Assembly (NCBI RefSeq): GCF_000023965.1
Contig: NC_013202.1
Coordinates: 840,001 to 872,000 of the forward strand
From: Halomicrobium mukohataei DSM 12286
GTDB lineage: Archaea > Halobacteriota > Halobacteria > Halobacteriales > Haloarculaceae
Direction: 5' to 3'
Length of the DNA: 32,000 bases
Numbering within the stretch: position 1 is the first letter of the stretch; the number at the start of each line of letters is the position of its first letter. A model generated the notes under the pieces. That model saw only the letters and a list, made by a program, of their open reading frames with translations. It was not told the origin of the DNA and searched no databases. Both the position numbers and the translations under genes were made by a program. Positions 30,494-32,000 of the stretch are shown piece after piece.

Positions 30494-31213
30494 CTACAGC
30501 GACACCGTCTCCAGGGACTCGGAGATCTCCTGGACGTGGTCGTTGTAGGCGGCGACGAACGCGCTCACGTCGTCGGCGTGGGCTCGCAGGTCGTGGGCGT
30601 CCGGGGGCTGGTACTGCGAGAGGAGGTAGACGCCGCCCTCGCCGCCGACCCGGAGGTAGTCCGCCCGCCCTTCCTCCCAGTTGAGTTCCCAGCGCGAGCC
30701 GTCGATCCGAGTCGTGAAGGTACCGTAGCTGTCGCCGCTGTAGCGGTAGAGCTGCTGGGCCATGGCGTCGGCGGCCTCCCGGAGCTCCGAGAGGATCGCC
30801 TGGCGGGTAGCGACCACGTCGTCGACGGTGGCGATCTCGGGGAACTCGGTCGAAACGTCGTCGAGGACGCCGTCGAGCGAGCGAACGTGGTCGTTGAACG
30901 CGGCGACGAACGCGTCGTAGTCGCTCATCGCCGTCGCCAGAGCGGACGGTTCGGGCGGTTGCTGGGTCGAGACGACGTAGATCTCGCGACCGCCCCGTTC
31001 GTAGCGGAGGTACTGCACGTCGCCGGCCTCGTATTTCAGCGTCCAGGAGGCGGCGTCGGTCTCGAAGGTCGCCTGTCCGTAGTCGCCGCCCTGGAGGCGG
31101 GCGAGTTCGCGGGCGATCTCACCCGCGTGGTCTGTGACCGCGGCGACGATCTCGTCCCGGCGCGCGGCGGCCGCGTCGGTCCCGACCACGTCGGCGTCCA
31201 GCCCCTCGATCAT
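30494..31213 (-). CDS. Hypothetical protein built from two tandem homologous ~115-aa domains
   Basis: 239 aa and acidic. The two halves align clearly: GDYGQATFETDAASWTLKYEAGDVQYLRYERGGREIYVVSTQQPPEP...AFVAAFNDHV against GDSYGTFTTRIDGSRWELNWEEGRADYLRVGGEGGVYLLSQYQPPDA...AFVAAYNDHV. Confidence 0.7.
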   Translation of the reverse strand: MIEGLDADVVGTDAAAARRDEIVAAVTDHAGEIARELARLQGGDYGQATFETDAASWTLKYEAGDVQYLRYERGGREIYVVSTQQPPEPSALATAMSDYDAFVAAFNDHVRSLDGVLDDVSTEFPEIATVDDVVATRQAILSELREAADAMAQQLYRYSGDSYGTFTTRIDGSRWELNWEEGRADYLRVGGEGGVYLLSQYQPPDAHDLRAHADDVSAFVAAYNDHVQEISESLETVSL

Positions 31214-31362
31214 CGTCCACAGCGAAGGGTTCGAACGGCATAACGGCGGTGACTTCGGACGGGCGCAGAAAGACGAGCGTACCGTCGTGGCGGGGCGAAT
31301 ACGCCCGGATTATCCCGTGAACGATCGAGACAGTATAGCACCGGGCGGCCCCGAGTCGATGC

Positions 31363-31818
31363 ATGGCTTCCGAAACTCCCGCTTCGAGCGTCGGCCGCGA
31401 CGGGACGCCCGCCGTCTCCTCGCCGTGGGTGCGCGGCCTGGCGGCCGGACTGATCGGCGGGCTCGAGACGGGCGTGTTTCTGACAGTCGCCGCACCGGCT
31501 GTCCTCTCGGAGACGTTCCCGGCACTGGTCTTTGCGAGCGGGCCGGTCGTGGGCTGGCTCGTGCTCGCGGTCGCCAGCGCCGCGGCCGGGATCGTCTTTA
31601 CGACCGTCGTCGAGCGACAGGCGCTCTCGACGACGGTCGTCCTCGGAATCGGATACAGCGTCGCGCTGTGGCTCGTCGCCGCGGTCGCGCTCCCGACCTG
31701 GCTCGGGGCGGTCGGAGCCACCGCCCCGCCGTTCCCGTGGTTCGATCCGACGCTGCTGGCCGGACTGGCCCTCTACGGTATCGTCCTCGGAATCGGACAC
31801 TGGCTGTTCGGCCGGTGA
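31363..31818 (+). CDS. Integral membrane protein (about four transmembrane segments), function unknown
   Basis: 151 aa with hydrophobic segments [58 protein letters not shown] and [19 protein letters not shown]. Confidence 0.6.
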   Translation: MASETPASSVGRDGTPAVSSPWVRGLAAGLIGGLETGVFLTVAAPAVLSETFPALVFASGPVVGWLVLAVASAAAGIVFTTVVERQALSTTVVLGIGYSVALWLVAAVALPTWLGAVGATAPPFPWFDPTLLAGLALYGIVLGIGHWLFGR

Positions 31819-31864
31819 CGGGCAAAATCGACACCTCCTTACTTCGACCGCCGAACGAACGGAT

Positions 31865-32000
31865 ATGTACGTTGGACGGTTCGTCGTCGTCGGCCCGCAG
31901 GTCGGCGCGTACCGCGTCTCGTCGCGATCGTTCCCGAACAGGAGAGCCCTCGACCGTGACGGCACGATCACGGTCGGACCGACCGAAGACGCTCCCGAGA
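31865..32000 (+). CDS. purO: IMP cyclohydrolase, archaeal type (partial, 5' end only)
   Basis: My own translation is [45 protein letters not shown]..., which matches the conserved archaeal PurO N-terminus. The gene runs off the window. Confidence 0.75.
   Translation, partial: MYVGRFVVVGPQVGAYRVSSRSFPNRRALDRDGTITVGPTEDAPE

Noticed and set aside
29776-30548. ORFs running through the 123-bp repeats (29776-30468 +, 29919-30548 +, 29884-30393 -, 29922-30290 -), which would encode proteins with 41-aa repeats.
   Set aside because: These frames stay open only because 123 is a multiple of 3 and the unit lacks stops in them. The products are basic and Arg/Ser-rich, unlike the acidic haloarchaeal proteome. 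They also run across a tRNA gene.

Overview
High-GC DNA (about two thirds G+C by eye) whose predicted proteins are very acidic, as in a haloarchaeal (class Halobacteria) chromosome. Most genes are housekeeping or transport genes. On the minus strand they include a TAXI-type TRAP transporter operon (solute-binding protein, DUF1850, fused permease), upp, leuS, hjc and a CNNM/CorC-type protein. On the plus strand they include two PiT phosphate-transporter paralogs, a secreted multidomain GH18 chitinase, a glutaredoxin-redoxin pair, Sua5/TsaC, a squalene/phytoene-synthase family enzyme, a TetR regulator and the start of purO. There is no CRISPR array, rRNA gene or obvious defence island. Seven things stand out beyond plain gene content. 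(1) A tRNA-Gln(CUG) gene is followed, in exact 123-bp phase, by three tandem units, each ending with a copy of the tRNA 3' half plus a GC hairpin. This is the most unusual structure in the window. (2) An apparently unannotated family of 66-78 bp palindromic MITE-like elements has three copies, each flanked by a 3-bp direct repeat. Two copies in inverted orientation bracket a 3.2-kb segment that contains a truncated MATE gene and an AT-rich island. (3) A 996-997 bp IS1595-family element with an 8-9 bp target duplication cleanly splits an ABC ATPase gene. (4) A 34-codon N-terminal module is shared by two otherwise different genes and has diverged almost only at synonymous sites. (5) An 80-codon Tat-lipoprotein ORF looks like a 5' remnant or paralog of the TAXI binding-protein gene and shares its promoter block. 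(6) A universal stress protein gene contains a perfect 30-bp in-frame tandem duplication. (7) A 21-bp tandem repeat lies upstream of a 2Fe-2S ferredoxin gene. Many long ORFs in the supplied track are Arg/Pro/Gly-rich shadows of real genes in high-GC DNA and were rejected. All family assignments come from reading motifs by eye; no database search was run.
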